NCBI GenBank assembly: GCA_963811105.1
Contig: CAWEPZ010000011.1
Location: 1,088,001 to 1,152,000, forward strand
Source of the DNA: Candidatus Bathyarchaeota archaeon
GTDB lineage: Archaea > Thermoproteota > Bathyarchaeia > Bathyarchaeales > Bathycorpusculaceae
DNA length: 64,000 bases
Reading direction: 5' to 3'
The notes under the pieces: generated by a model
Databases searched by the model: none
Told to the model about the DNA's origin: nothing
Seen by the model: the letters and a program-made list of their open reading frames with translations, nothing else
Shown: one piece after another, positions 52,138 through 62,339 of the stretch
Layout: the number at the start of each line of letters is the position of its first letter
How positions within the stretch are numbered: the first letter of the stretch is position 1
Translations under genes and position numbers: made by a program

Positions 52138-53223
52138 ATGCCTGAAATACGTGTCGCACTTATTGGCGTTGGTAACAGCGCATCAGCCCTGATTCAGGGA
52201 ACTCAATATTATAAAAACGCTAAAGAAAACGCCACGGTGCCAGGCTTAATGCATGTAAACTACGGCGGATACCACATCAGAGATATCCATTTTGTAGCTG
52301 CTTTTGAAGTTAACAAGGCCAAGATTGGCAAAGATCTCTCAGAAGCCATCTGGGTTAAACCCAATGTGTGCGAAAAATTCGCCGATGTACCAAATCTTGG
52401 AGTGAAAGTTTCTCCGGCACCGATCCTTGATGGTGTTGCGCCTCATATGCGTGAAACATTCAATGTTTTCGACGACAGCAAAACTACAAAAGAAAGCGTC
52501 GTAAAAGTGCTTAAAGATGCCAAAACACAGGTCCTCGTGAATTATCTTCCCGTCGGAAGTCACGATGCCGTCCGATTTTATGCACAATGTGCAATCGATG
52601 CTGGATGCGCTTTTGTGAACTGCATGCCTGAATTCATCGGCTCAGACGCGACAAAAGAGTGGCCAAAAAAATTCGAAAAAGCAGGCTTACCCGTCTTAGG
52701 TGACGACATAAAAAGCCAAGTTGGTGCCACCATATTACACCGCAACCTTGTACGCCTCTGTTTAGATCGCGGAGTCATTGTTGACGAAACTTACCAGCTA
52801 AATCTCGGTGGAGACACAGACTTCCAAAACATGACCGTTGAAAACCGCTTAACCTCAAAACGCATCAGCAAAACCGAAGCCGTCACAAGCATGGTTCCCT
52901 ACGCTTTGCCAACAAGGATTGGCCCCTCCGATTTTGTGCCTTTCCTGAAGAACAAGAAAATCTGCTACATCTCATTGAAAGGCAGAAAGTTCGGTGACCG
53001 CCCAATTAACATCAGCGTTAAACTTGAAGTGGAAGACTCTCCAAACAGTGCAGGCGTAGTTATCGATCTAATTCGCGCAGCCAAAATAGCTTTAGACCGT
53101 AAGATCGCTGGCGCATTGCTAAGCATGCCATCATATTCATTTAAGCATCCTCCTGTTCAGGTGCCAGACCCGCAAGCGCGACAATGGACTGAAGATTGGA
53201 TAGCGGGCAAACGGGAACGATAA
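52138..53223 (+). CDS. ino1: Inositol-3-phosphate synthase
   Basis: GVGNSAS, NYLPVGS, GDDIKSQVGAT, GDTDF, DSPNSAG. Confidence 0.95.
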   Translation: MPEIRVALIGVGNSASALIQGTQYYKNAKENATVPGLMHVNYGGYHIRDIHFVAAFEVNKAKIGKDLSEAIWVKPNVCEKFADVPNLGVKVSPAPILDGVAPHMRETFNVFDDSKTTKESVVKVLKDAKTQVLVNYLPVGSHDAVRFYAQCAIDAGCAFVNCMPEFIGSDATKEWPKKFEKAGLPVLGDDIKSQVGATILHRNLVRLCLDRGVIVDETYQLNLGGDTDFQNMTVENRLTSKRISKTEAVTSMVPYALPTRIGPSDFVPFLKNKKICYISLKGRKFGDRPINISVKLEVEDSPNSAGVVIDLIRAAKIALDRKIAGALLSMPSYSFKHPPVQVPDPQARQWTEDWIAGKRER

Positions 53224-53304
53224 GCCCTTTCTTTTTTGTTCTTGTGAAACCTTTTAAGCTTGAACTTAAACTGGATATTTATCTATATTTAGAAGGTTCA
53301 AGTC

Positions 53305-53721
53305 ATGGTAAAAGTTGAAGCAAACGAAGTGCCGGAAGGCCTCTATTACTCTAAAGATTTTGAATGGATAAAAATCGAGGAAGACAAAGTTCGAATGGGC
53401 ATCACTGACTACGCCCAGAAGTCGCTGCGAGAAATTGTTTATGCCGAATTGCCAAGCGTCGGAACAGAAGTCAAGCAAGGCGAACCATACGGAACGTTGG
53501 AGTCTGTTAAAGCAGTTTCAGACCTAGTTGCAGCCTTAAGCGGAACAATCCAAGAAGTTAACGAAGAAGTCCAATCAAAACCTGAAACACTCAACGAAGA
53601 CCCATATGTAAAAGGATGGTTAATCGTTATCAAACCATCAAACTTACAAGCAGAACTTGCAAACCTAATGGACTTCAACAATGCGGTTGAGTGGCACAAA
53701 GCTCAATCCCAATCAAAATAG
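53305..53721 (+). CDS. gcvH: Glycine cleavage system H protein (lipoyl carrier)
   Basis: GITDYAQ, ESVKAVS lipoyl-Lys, N.DPY..GW. Confidence 0.93.
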   Translation: MVKVEANEVPEGLYYSKDFEWIKIEEDKVRMGITDYAQKSLREIVYAELPSVGTEVKQGEPYGTLESVKAVSDLVAALSGTIQEVNEEVQSKPETLNEDPYVKGWLIVIKPSNLQAELANLMDFNNAVEWHKAQSQSK

Positions 53722-53737
53722 TCCGAAGGCAAAGTAG

Positions 53738-55084
53738 ATGGCCAGACGCATTATTGTTATTGGAGCTAATGCTTCAGGTGTAGAGGCAGCTTCAGCGGCA
53801 CGCAAAAAAGACCGAACAGCAGAAATCACATTGATCACTCAAGAGAAGAATGCGGGTTACTCACGTTGCGGCTTACCCTTCGTTATAGGCGGTCACATTG
53901 CAAGTTTTCATGATTTGATTGTTTACCCACCAGCGTACTTCCAAATGTTAAAGCTGAATTTACGAAACGAAACAAAAGCAACAGCAATCAACGCCAAAGA
54001 CAAAACTGTAACCATAACCACCAAAGAGGGAGCCACCGAAGTTCTCCCATACGATAGCCTAGTAATTGCAACTGGCGCTGACTCATTTACTCCTCCGATT
54101 AAGGGTAGAGAAAAACCCGGCGTCTTGAGCCTAAGAGGCATAGAAGACGGCGAAAAAATTGATGCAGCCGTCAAAGCCGGCGCAAAATCAGCCGTCATTA
54201 TGGGGGCTGGTTTAATCGGTTTGGAAGTAGGCGTTGGCTTGATGGAGAAAGGCTTAACAGTTACCGTCTTAGAAATGCTACCCCAGATTTTGCCGCAATT
54301 GCTAGATGCAGACATGGCAAAGATGGTTCAGGAGCACTTAGAACAGAAAGGTATGCGTATATTAATAAGTAAAGGCGTCGAGGAATTCTTAGGCGAGGAC
54401 AAAGTCACCGCGGTTATGGCTGGCGGCGAAAAAATTGAAGCAGACCTTTTCATCAGCGCTTTTGGCGTGAGGGCAAACACGAAGCTTGCTGCTGATGCAG
54501 GCATACCACTTGGTGAGACCAGAGCAATCAAAACTAATGGACGTATGGAAACGGACGTGAAAGATGTTTACGCTGTTGGCGATTGCGCGGAAGCTCCAAA
54601 CATGATTACGCATCGGCCTATGTGTGCTCAACTTGGCACAATTGCGGTTAGGCAGGGTAAGGTTGCTGGGGCAAACGCTGGAGGCGACTACTCGTTGTTT
54701 ACAGGCATCTTAGCTTCCGCAGTTACAAGGCTGTTTGAGATTGAAGCAGGTAACACAGGCTTAACCGAAACCTCAGCTGCACGTAACCGCATTGAAGTCG
54801 TCACTGGAGCAATAAGCAGCAAAACCAAAGCAGATTACTTCCCAGGCGCCAAACCCATCAAAGTCAAACTCGTCGTTGAAAAAGAATCGCAACGCATAGT
54901 AGGCGGCCAAGTCATCGGCGGAGAAGAAGTTACCCAACGCATAAACTGCCTGAGCTTCGCTATACAAAAAGGCATGACGGTACGTGAACTAGCCAAAGCA
55001 GATACAGCCTACGCGCCACCACTTTGCGAAACATGGGAACCCATGGTTCTAGCCGCTGAAATGGTACTAATGAAGATGCGATAA
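53738..55084 (+). CDS. FAD-dependent NADH oxidase / CoA-disulfide reductase family protein
   Basis: YSRCGLP single redox Cys, GAGLIGLE, GDCAE, YAPP. Confidence 0.88.
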   Translation: MARRIIVIGANASGVEAASAARKKDRTAEITLITQEKNAGYSRCGLPFVIGGHIASFHDLIVYPPAYFQMLKLNLRNETKATAINAKDKTVTITTKEGATEVLPYDSLVIATGADSFTPPIKGREKPGVLSLRGIEDGEKIDAAVKAGAKSAVIMGAGLIGLEVGVGLMEKGLTVTVLEMLPQILPQLLDADMAKMVQEHLEQKGMRILISKGVEEFLGEDKVTAVMAGGEKIEADLFISAFGVRANTKLAADAGIPLGETRAIKTNGRMETDVKDVYAVGDCAEAPNMITHRPMCAQLGTIAVRQGKVAGANAGGDYSLFTGILASAVTRLFEIEAGNTGLTETSAARNRIEVVTGAISSKTKADYFPGAKPIKVKLVVEKESQRIVGGQVIGGEEVTQRINCLSFAIQKGMTVRELAKADTAYAPPLCETWEPMVLAAEMVLMKMR

Positions 55085-55158
55085 ACGATCTTTCTTTTTT
55101 TCATTTTTTTGAACCTAGTTTTATTAATTTAGTTAGCGGGTATATATCGTGAGTTAAT

Positions 55159-55716
55159 ATGAGGACTTTAATTGTTTATGGAACCCGCTACGGAGCAACA
55201 ATCACTACTTCTGAGGAAATTGCGACGGTTCTTCGTGAGCAAGGTTTTGATGTTAAAGTCGTGAATGCGAAGAAAGAGAAAATCAAGGATATCTCTCCGT
55301 TTGACCTTATCATTGTCGGAAGTGGAATGCAGATGGGCAGGTGGACGGGTGAAGCGGAGGATTTTTTGAAGAGGTTCCAGAAAGAACTCGCTCAGAAGAA
55401 AGTTGCGATTTTTGTTTCTTCAATGAAGACTGTTTCCGAACGTGAAGGGAAAACAGAAGAGTTAACAAAGTCACGTAAGATTGATTTGGACGACAAAATT
55501 GTAAAGTACGGATTGCACCCTGTCGCCGTAGGGTTTTTCGGCGGCGTTTTAGACTTCAACAAAATGAACATTATTACCCGCAGAACTTTCGGTTTTGTCA
55601 GGCCTCAGCTGGAAAAGGACGGCTTCAAAGAGGCGCCATCTGGGGTATATGATTTGCGGGACTGGGAAGAAATTCGTGGGTGGGCCAAAGAACTTGTCGT
55701 CAACGCAAAGCAGTAG
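55159..55716 (+). CDS. Flavodoxin domain protein (HemG-like)
   Basis: YGTRYGAT, GSG, D.RDW..I..W. Confidence 0.82.
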   Translation: MRTLIVYGTRYGATITTSEEIATVLREQGFDVKVVNAKKEKIKDISPFDLIIVGSGMQMGRWTGEAEDFLKRFQKELAQKKVAIFVSSMKTVSEREGKTEELTKSRKIDLDDKIVKYGLHPVAVGFFGGVLDFNKMNIITRRTFGFVRPQLEKDGFKEAPSGVYDLRDWEEIRGWAKELVVNAKQ

Positions 55717-55757
55717 CAGACATTAATCTTTTAGCAAGTAATTTGATGAGGTGGATT

Positions 55758-57575
55758 TTAAAGGAGGTATGCTTCTGTGATGTACCTACGTACGACCCAT
55801 TGTGTTTGGAAGTAGTAGGCTATTTTTGCAATCGAGTTTTTCATGAGTGTTATCCAAGCGTCTTTTTGATTATAATAAGTTGGAATGATTAGGTATTCGA
55901 GTTTACTATAAAGGTCTTGAAGCTCTAATTCACGTCTTTCGCTTTCAATCAATAGCTCTCTAGGGTGGGGTCCTATGGCCCATCCGGTCACGCCTTCGAT
56001 GCAGCCTTCCATCCACCAACCATCTAGAACGCTAAAGTTTATGACACCATTGTGGGCAGCTTTCATACCGCTAGTTCCAGAAGCCTCTAAAGGCGGCAAA
56101 GGAGTGTTAAGCCAAACATCAACACCTGAAGTAAGCTTAGCTGCAACATCCATGTTATAGTTTTCAAGGTAAACTATGCTAATTTGATCTTTCAACATAT
56201 TTGCATAGTCGTGAATTTGCCTTATGAGTTTCTTTCCGTCGGTGTCTTTTGGGTGTGCTTTTCCCGCGAATATCATTTGGATTTTCTCTTTCCGATTGAT
56301 GTCGGTCAGCCTGTGTGGGTCGGAAAAGATTAGGGTTGAGCGTTTGTATCCTGTGGCTCTTCTAGCGAAGCCTATTGTCAAGGCTTGCGGGTCGAGTTTT
56401 ACCCCGTTTGTTTTTTCTACGAAAGTCAGCAGATTGGTTTTTGCTTTTGTGTGGGCATCCCAAACTTCTCGGTTGGGAATTTCGCTGGCTTTTGCAAGTA
56501 ATATAGGTTCGTTGGTCCAACCTTGGATGTATTTGTCAAAGAGCTGTCTGAAGTAAATGCTTGTCCATGTGTAAGAGTGGACGCCGTTGGTGACTGCACG
56601 GATGTAGCGACCTGGGAAAAGTTTTCTGGAGTAATCTACATGTGCTAAGGAGACGCCGTTAATGTATTTACTTAAGTTTAATGCTAGTAAAGCCATGTTT
56701 AGATTTTCTGTTCCTGCATATTGTTTCATGTCAGAAAGCAACATGTATTCTTTGCCTAGCACTTGTTGGACAAGTTCGTAGCTGAACTGGTCGAATGCGG
56801 CTTCAACTGGACTGTGTGTAGTGAAAACGCACAGGTTTCGAACTTTTTCTGAATCCATTCCGTTATCTTTCAAGAGTTCAAATGTTAGAAGACTGGAGTG
56901 GCCTTCGTTCATGTGGTATTTTCTGATTTTGAAGGGCAGGTTTTTTAGGACTTTGATTCCGCCTATGCCAAGAACAATTTCTTGCTTTAGTCTGTAGTTT
57001 CTATCGCCACCGTACAAGGAATCTGTGATCCGTCTGTCTTCAGGGGCATTTCCCTCCATGTCGGTGTCTAGAAAAATAATTGGGACCATTCCACCCGTGA
57101 TGCTTTGATACTCATGCAGCCAAGCTTGGACTTTGACTGGACGGTTTTCGATGGTTACAGTGACTATTTTGGGCATTCGGGTTAGGGTTTTTGCTGGGTC
57201 CCACTCATCTGGAAGCTCAAGCTGCTCCCCTAGCTCAGTTAATTTTTGTCTGAAGTAGCCTTTCCTGCTTACAAGTGTAATGGCAACCATTTGGAGACGT
57301 AGGTCTGCACTGGATTTCACAATATCGCCTGCTAAAACACCTAAGCCACCGCTGTAGGTTGGCATGTCACATGATACGCCTATTTCCATTGAGAAGTATG
57401 CAATTCTGGGATCATCCTGGAAGTGCCGTCGACAATTTTCATTGCAGAAACAGTATTTCTTGCCCCCGAACCCGTCGCATGCTACTTCCATTCTTGAGAG
57501 CGGGTTCTCCGCATCTATCTGAATTCCGCAAACAGGGCATCTTAAAGAACCAGAATTATCCAAACTCAGCACCAT
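55758..57575 (-). CDS. glgP: Alpha-glucan phosphorylase with N-terminal YHS/TRASH-like domain
   Basis: YSGGLGVLAGD, MNEGH, FARR, AGKAHP, EASGTSGMK; N-terminal CPVCG...YCFCNENC. Confidence 0.92.
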   Translation of the reverse strand: MVLSLDNSGSLRCPVCGIQIDAENPLSRMEVACDGFGGKKYCFCNENCRRHFQDDPRIAYFSMEIGVSCDMPTYSGGLGVLAGDIVKSSADLRLQMVAITLVSRKGYFRQKLTELGEQLELPDEWDPAKTLTRMPKIVTVTIENRPVKVQAWLHEYQSITGGMVPIIFLDTDMEGNAPEDRRITDSLYGGDRNYRLKQEIVLGIGGIKVLKNLPFKIRKYHMNEGHSSLLTFELLKDNGMDSEKVRNLCVFTTHSPVEAAFDQFSYELVQQVLGKEYMLLSDMKQYAGTENLNMALLALNLSKYINGVSLAHVDYSRKLFPGRYIRAVTNGVHSYTWTSIYFRQLFDKYIQGWTNEPILLAKASEIPNREVWDAHTKAKTNLLTFVEKTNGVKLDPQALTIGFARRATGYKRSTLIFSDPHRLTDINRKEKIQMIFAGKAHPKDTDGKKLIRQIHDYANMLKDQISIVYLENYNMDVAAKLTSGVDVWLNTPLPPLEASGTSGMKAAHNGVINFSVLDGWWMEGCIEGVTGWAIGPHPRELLIESERRELELQDLYSKLEYLIIPTYYNQKDAWITLMKNSIAKIAYYFQTQWVVRRYITEAYLL

Positions 57576-57701
57576 CGAAGAAAACCCATTCTTCCCGCAA
57601 AGATATATGTCTATTGTATTGAACAGTGCATGCGCTAAAGCCCTTTAGAATTGGAATTATGAAAAAGTAAAAGAATTAAACCAAGCTAAGTTTAACCGTA
57701 T

Positions 57702-58160
57702 TTATCCTATTTGCGATGTGCCTGGCTGAGTAAATGGCTCGGTCATACCGACCAATAATTTTCCAAAAGTGTTTATATGATTCTCTTCTTCAGCTAAAAT
57801 TTCTTCCAGCATCCGTCTAGTTGTGTAGTCACCTACTTCCGTCGCAGCTTGAATTGCCTGTTTGTAAAGGGTTATGGCTTCTTCCTCGTTCAGCTCATCT
57901 TGCCTGAGCATTTCGATTAAGCTGCCTCCCACGAAAATAGGGTCAGGTTTTATCGTTGGGACGCCGTTGAGGTAGTCTAAACGTTCAGCGAGCTGTTCGG
58001 CATGTTTCATTTCAGCAATGGCTGTTTTGCGGAAAATATCTTCGACAATGACGCCGTCTGTGCCTGTTACTTGGACGTGTTGCCACATGTATTGTATACT
58101 AACTTGGAGTTCACGGGCTATGGCTTTGTTTAAAAAATCTAAAAGCTTGTTAGAAAACAA
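57702..58160 (-). CDS. Bacterioferritin/ferritin-like protein
   Basis: E..QY..QH, EMKHAE, EEEAI..Y, EENH diiron ligands; TTG start after AGGTGA. Confidence 0.88.
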   Translation of the reverse strand: MFSNKLLDFLNKAIARELQVSIQYMWQHVQVTGTDGVIVEDIFRKTAIAEMKHAEQLAERLDYLNGVPTIKPDPIFVGGSLIEMLRQDELNEEEAITLYKQAIQAATEVGDYTTRRMLEEILAEEENHINTFGKLLVGMTEPFTQPGTSQIG

Positions 58161-58292
58161 AATTTCACCTAAAAAGAGAAAGTTGCCCGAATATTTAAAT
58201 ATCAACCAAATCAGCGATGAGCAAACCTTTCCATGCTAAACGACCATGTGATTGGTTTAATGCTTAAAAGGAAAAAAGTCTTATCTTGAGGC

Positions 58293-59231
58293 ATGGTTTC
58301 CAATTCAATTAGCCCTTTTCAAGCTTTCTTAATGGTTTTGCTGATTATTTTCTGGGGAAGCTCCTTTGTCGTTGTCAAGGAACTCTTAGGAAACGGACTT
58401 TCGCCTATTGCCATTGCTACATTTAGGTTTTTGGTTGCGGGCGCCTTCTTCCTTCTCGCCCTTGCCGCTAAGAAACGTGTAAGCCCTCATTATAAGCTTG
58501 GTGTCCAAAGAAAAGATGGCCTAACTTTGCTGGCATTGGCGTTAACTGGCGTAACATTCTTCTTCACGATCCAATACACAGGAATCCAATTAGCAGGGGC
58601 ATCGATTGCAGCAATACTTGTCTGCCTCTTATCGCCCATCTTAATCACTGTTTTTTCAACCCGACTGTTCGGAGACCATTTAAGAAAAAGACAAATCGCC
58701 GGCATAATAACCGCTGTTGTTGGCACGTTGCTAGTGGTTTCAGTTGACATTTTGAATCCGGAGGGAAGCATGACTTTTTTGCTGGGCACTTTGATTCTGC
58801 TTTCGACGCCAGTGATGTGGGCAGCATACAGCCTGCTTGGGGAGAAAATCATGAAGAAATATGATGCTTTCCTAGTGGTTGCTTACGTTAGTTTTTTGGG
58901 TGGACTATGCTTGATTCCTTTCTCGTTGGCTGACAACTCATTCTTTCAAATATTCACCTTAACAACCAGTCAGTGGCTAGGCATACTGTACCTATCTATC
59001 ACGTGTTCTCTGCTGGGATACTACATTTGGTTCTACGTACTAAAAAGCGCGGGATCAACAGCAACCAGCTTTCTGTTCGCCGAACCCCTTGTCACCGCTT
59101 TTTTCGCCGTCATGTTCGCCAACGAAATATTATATCCAGGGGTTTTTGCTGGTGCCGTCTTGATTTTTGTTGGAGTTTTCTTTGTGACGACTAAAAAGGC
59201 GCAGGGCAGAGCTAAGGCGGCAACGGTTTAG
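58293..59231 (+). CDS. DMT/EamA family transporter
   Basis: FWGSSF..R pattern, duplicated 5-TM halves. Confidence 0.9.
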   Translation: MVSNSISPFQAFLMVLLIIFWGSSFVVVKELLGNGLSPIAIATFRFLVAGAFFLLALAAKKRVSPHYKLGVQRKDGLTLLALALTGVTFFFTIQYTGIQLAGASIAAILVCLLSPILITVFSTRLFGDHLRKRQIAGIITAVVGTLLVVSVDILNPEGSMTFLLGTLILLSTPVMWAAYSLLGEKIMKKYDAFLVVAYVSFLGGLCLIPFSLADNSFFQIFTLTTSQWLGILYLSITCSLLGYYIWFYVLKSAGSTATSFLFAEPLVTAFFAVMFANEILYPGVFAGAVLIFVGVFFVTTKKAQGRAKAATV

Positions 59232-59309
59232 AGGAAAAATTCTAATATGAACCAATGCAGTTTCTTAATCCAAACAGCTTAAATCAAGCCTCACATAAGC
59301 AAAAGGTGC

Positions 59310-59387
59310 GGGCCGGTCGTCTAGCCTGGTTAGGACGTTGGCTTTACACGCCAAAGGTCGCCGGTTCAAGTCCGGCTCGGCCCACCA
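59310..59387 (+). tRNA. tRNA-Val(TAC), CCA encoded
   Basis: GGGCCGG/TCGGCCC stem, TTGGC-TTTACAC-GCCAA anticodon arm, GGTTCAAGTCC. Confidence 0.95.
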
Positions 59388-59702
59388 TTCAATTTTGGCA
59401 CTCTTGATTTTGAGACTAATCTTATAAGCACAAAACCACGAAGTCGCATTTCTTCTCAGATCGAAAACGTTTCATCTACGTTAAACACCAAGTTTGGATT
59501 TTTAGTTCTAAAGAAAAATTGGAGGAAAACCTCAATGACGAACGTTGCCATAGAATACAAAAACGCAACCATGAAAAATTGCGCCTATTTGCTGCTTCTA
59601 GTAGACCCGGAGTATAGACAGTGAGAGAGGCATAGAAACCAAGAAGGCGCGAAGAAAAAAAGGGGAAATTTGGCATTGAATCTTGCCATTACATTTTGGA
59701 TT

Positions 59703-60638
59703 TTAACGCATAACTTGCTGAGAAGAGCTCCATGTGTCCTCCACTATTTGCTCAATTTCTGTTAGCACCAATGTTAAACTACGGCCACTGCTGGTTAAGC
59801 TGTAAGTTTTCGGTGTTCTCCTTAAGAAAACCAGTTTCTTGCGCTTCAAACGCTTAAGATACTTGTAGGTTCCTCGAACGCCAAACCCAGTTTTGAGTGC
59901 AAGTTTTCCAACGGAAATCCCTTCCTCCTTAGCAAGAGCATTGTAAATTTTCTGTTCTGTTGCGTTCAAGGTTTCCTTGTTTGGATCTCGCTTTGATTTA
60001 AAGAAGAATATGTACTCTCTACCTCCTGAGACATCTATCAAACCAGCTGAGAGCAGGCGTTTGAGGACTCGTGAAGTAATGTTTAGAGCCATGAACGGTT
60101 CCAATTCTTGAAACGTTTTAGGTCCCCAAAGCAAGGTTTGCAAAAGTGCTTCCTCATGGCATTCTGAGTGAGCAGATAATTTTAGGGCAAATTCTGGGAA
60201 TCCGCAGATCTCTTTGTTTATACGACAGCCAAACGAGGTTGCATAATACTCTTCGCGAGCTTCATCAGCTAAGCCTACCCCAATAAGAGGGCGAATGCAT
60301 TTTTCGTTAATGGTGTCCTGGCCATAAATGTAGCCGATTTTTCTTAGTTGCCCTTGAAGCTTGCCCACAGAACAGCGCTCATGGCTGATTGCCTGCAGAA
60401 TATAAAGCCGGGTCTCGCTTTTTAGCACGTTGAAAAGCTCTTTTACATAGTCAGGGTGATCCATGGTTTCGCTAAGTCGTCTTAGCTCGTTTTTTAACTT
60501 ATACACTTGGCAGCGTCTTATGCAGTCTAAGGGAGTAATTGGCCTGCAGTTTCTGCATTGAGCTTCAAGCGATTCTAAGGTTCCTTGAAGGCTGCGGTTT
60601 TCTTCTGTTTTTAAGACAGGCGACAATATAGTTGTCAT
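59703..60638 (-). CDS. Multi-winged-helix protein with N-terminal Cys4 motif
   Basis: CRNC...CIRRC followed by three wHTH-like segments (e.g. YKYLKRLKRKKLV...YSLTSSG). Confidence 0.75.
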   Translation of the reverse strand: MTTILSPVLKTEENRSLQGTLESLEAQCRNCRPITPLDCIRRCQVYKLKNELRRLSETMDHPDYVKELFNVLKSETRLYILQAISHERCSVGKLQGQLRKIGYIYGQDTINEKCIRPLIGVGLADEAREEYYATSFGCRINKEICGFPEFALKLSAHSECHEEALLQTLLWGPKTFQELEPFMALNITSRVLKRLLSAGLIDVSGGREYIFFFKSKRDPNKETLNATEQKIYNALAKEEGISVGKLALKTGFGVRGTYKYLKRLKRKKLVFLRRTPKTYSLTSSGRSLTLVLTEIEQIVEDTWSSSQQVMR

Positions 60639-60776
60639 TGCCTATCTTCCCCAAACCCTAAGTCAAAATCGAAGTGACAAATACTCACAAAATCTAAAAC
60701 TGAAACGAGATTAAACCATTTGCTCATTCAGCTTCCTCAACAGAACCTCCATTGCCATGATGTAAAAAGGGTTCCC

Positions 60777-60820
60777 GTCAAGAATTCTTGACTTAAACTT
60801 AGTCAAACTTTCTTGACTAA
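60777..60820. promoter_or_regulatory. Tandem GTCAA-N6-TTGAC palindromes (putative operator)
   Basis: gtcaagaattcttgac (60777-60792) and ttagtcaaactttcttgactaa (60799-60820). Confidence 0.55.
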
Positions 60821-60906
60821 CATTTCCGGCTAAATTTTTATAACTAGTAAGGGGTCTATCTTTGAAACTCTGGTTTGATTGCAAAAAAAGAAAAAAAGGC
60901 TATAGT

Positions 60907-62145
60907 CTAATGCCGTCTTCTTAGCAACAGAACTGCAATAATAACTGCAGCTATTACTATGACTACAACAACAACTGCATAGTAAACTAAGCTAGACACA
61001 CCTGAACTGCTTGCCAATTGACCGACTGCGTACATATTGCCGTCGTATGAGCCAAAGTATGCAACCCCATTAACTACAGCAGCAGATGAGTATAAGTTAC
61101 CGTTAGTCTGGTAGCTCCAGAGGAACTGCCCTGTTTGCGCATTAAGAGCATATGTTTTGTTATCTAAAGAACCGACATATTCGACGTTTCCAACGATTGA
61201 TGGCGCTGTAAAGATACCTGCGCCAGTCGTGTAAGTCCATTTGATAGCGCCAGTTGCAGCGTCTAAAGCGTACACATTCTTATCAAAAGAACCACCTGTG
61301 TAAACTACTCCGTTGACGAAACCTGGAGAAGCTTGAATACATTGATCGTATCCCGTTGTAACTTTCCACACAAAAGCTCCAATATCAGCATTCAACGCGT
61401 AGGTTTGGTTGTCATAACTACCGATGTAAAGGTTGCCATCACCTATAACTGGAGAAGATTCGACAACACTGTCTGTAGTGTAATTCCATTTTTCGGCGCC
61501 TGTTTGAGCGTCGACAGCGTAGACTTTATGGTCGTACGAACCAAAATAGACTACTCCATTTGATATAGACGGAGAGGAAATAACATATCCACCTGTTGGA
61601 AAGTCCCAAATGACAGCACCATTGGTTGCGTTTAAAGCATAGAGCTTATTGTCGTTTGATCCAATATAGACAATGCCATTCGAAACCACTGGTGAAGTCT
61701 GCACATCGTTGCCAGTAGTGTAATTCCAAACCAAAGAACCATCAGCCGCGTTCAAAGCGTAAACATTTTTGTCATTTGAGCCAATGTAGACAATATTGTT
61801 TATTACGGCGGCAGAAGGATAAATAAAACCACCTGTCTTGAAACTCCAGATTTGCTTGCCATCCTTAGCATTTACAGCATAAACATTCTTGTCAAAAGAA
61901 CCGAAATAAACCACTCCATTGACTACAGCGGGGGAAGACCATACCTTTCCATTAGTCTTGAAAACCCAAAGAGTCTGGTTAGTGCTAGGACCTGTATTTG
62001 TTGAGTAGCCGGTGTGCGCTAAATCATAGTGGAACATTGGCCAAGATTCTGTTTGTTGAGCATTCACAGTAAGGGCAAATAATGAAACAACCGAAATGCA
62101 CAAGATTACTGCCATTAATATTGCGTAAAATTTTTTCATTTTCAT
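60907..62145 (-). CDS. PQQ/BamB-like beta-propeller surface protein
   Basis: WPMF, about 8 repeats of SSPxVxNGVVYxGSxDxxVYALNAxxGxxxW; signal peptide and C-terminal TM. Confidence 0.9.
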   Translation of the reverse strand: MKMKKFYAILMAVILCISVVSLFALTVNAQQTESWPMFHYDLAHTGYSTNTGPSTNQTLWVFKTNGKVWSSPAVVNGVVYFGSFDKNVYAVNAKDGKQIWSFKTGGFIYPSAAVINNIVYIGSNDKNVYALNAADGSLVWNYTTGNDVQTSPVVSNGIVYIGSNDNKLYALNATNGAVIWDFPTGGYVISSPSISNGVVYFGSYDHKVYAVDAQTGAEKWNYTTDSVVESSPVIGDGNLYIGSYDNQTYALNADIGAFVWKVTTGYDQCIQASPGFVNGVVYTGGSFDKNVYALDAATGAIKWTYTTGAGIFTAPSIVGNVEYVGSLDNKTYALNAQTGQFLWSYQTNGNLYSSAAVVNGVAYFGSYDGNMYAVGQLASSSGVSSLVYYAVVVVVIVIAAVIIAVLLLRRRH

Positions 62146-62339
62146 CTAAAACCTATATTAACATAATCAGGTAGTCCCCCAAATAGATTTTGCCCCTAAG
62201 CAATACGGGATTTTTTTAAGCCTCAAATTGTCCTAGAAAATGCTACTTCAAATCGCCCAATGGTAAAGTTTAAGAAAACCGCAGGTTGACTATCTTTACG
62301 AAACGACATTCAAACTATTTTACCAATGGTTGGCACACA

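Noticed and set aside
41203-55084. Numerous 60-140 aa antisense/overlapping ORFs in the track
   Set aside because: They are shadows of well-supported genes on the opposite strand or in another frame.
60715-60760. Fluoride-riboswitch-like GGCAATGGAG on the minus strand
   Set aside because: No closing GCC stem or pseudoknot partner, and no fluoride-related gene downstream.
60907-62145. Periodic DNA repeats
   Set aside because: Explained by beta-propeller blade repeats of the encoded protein.
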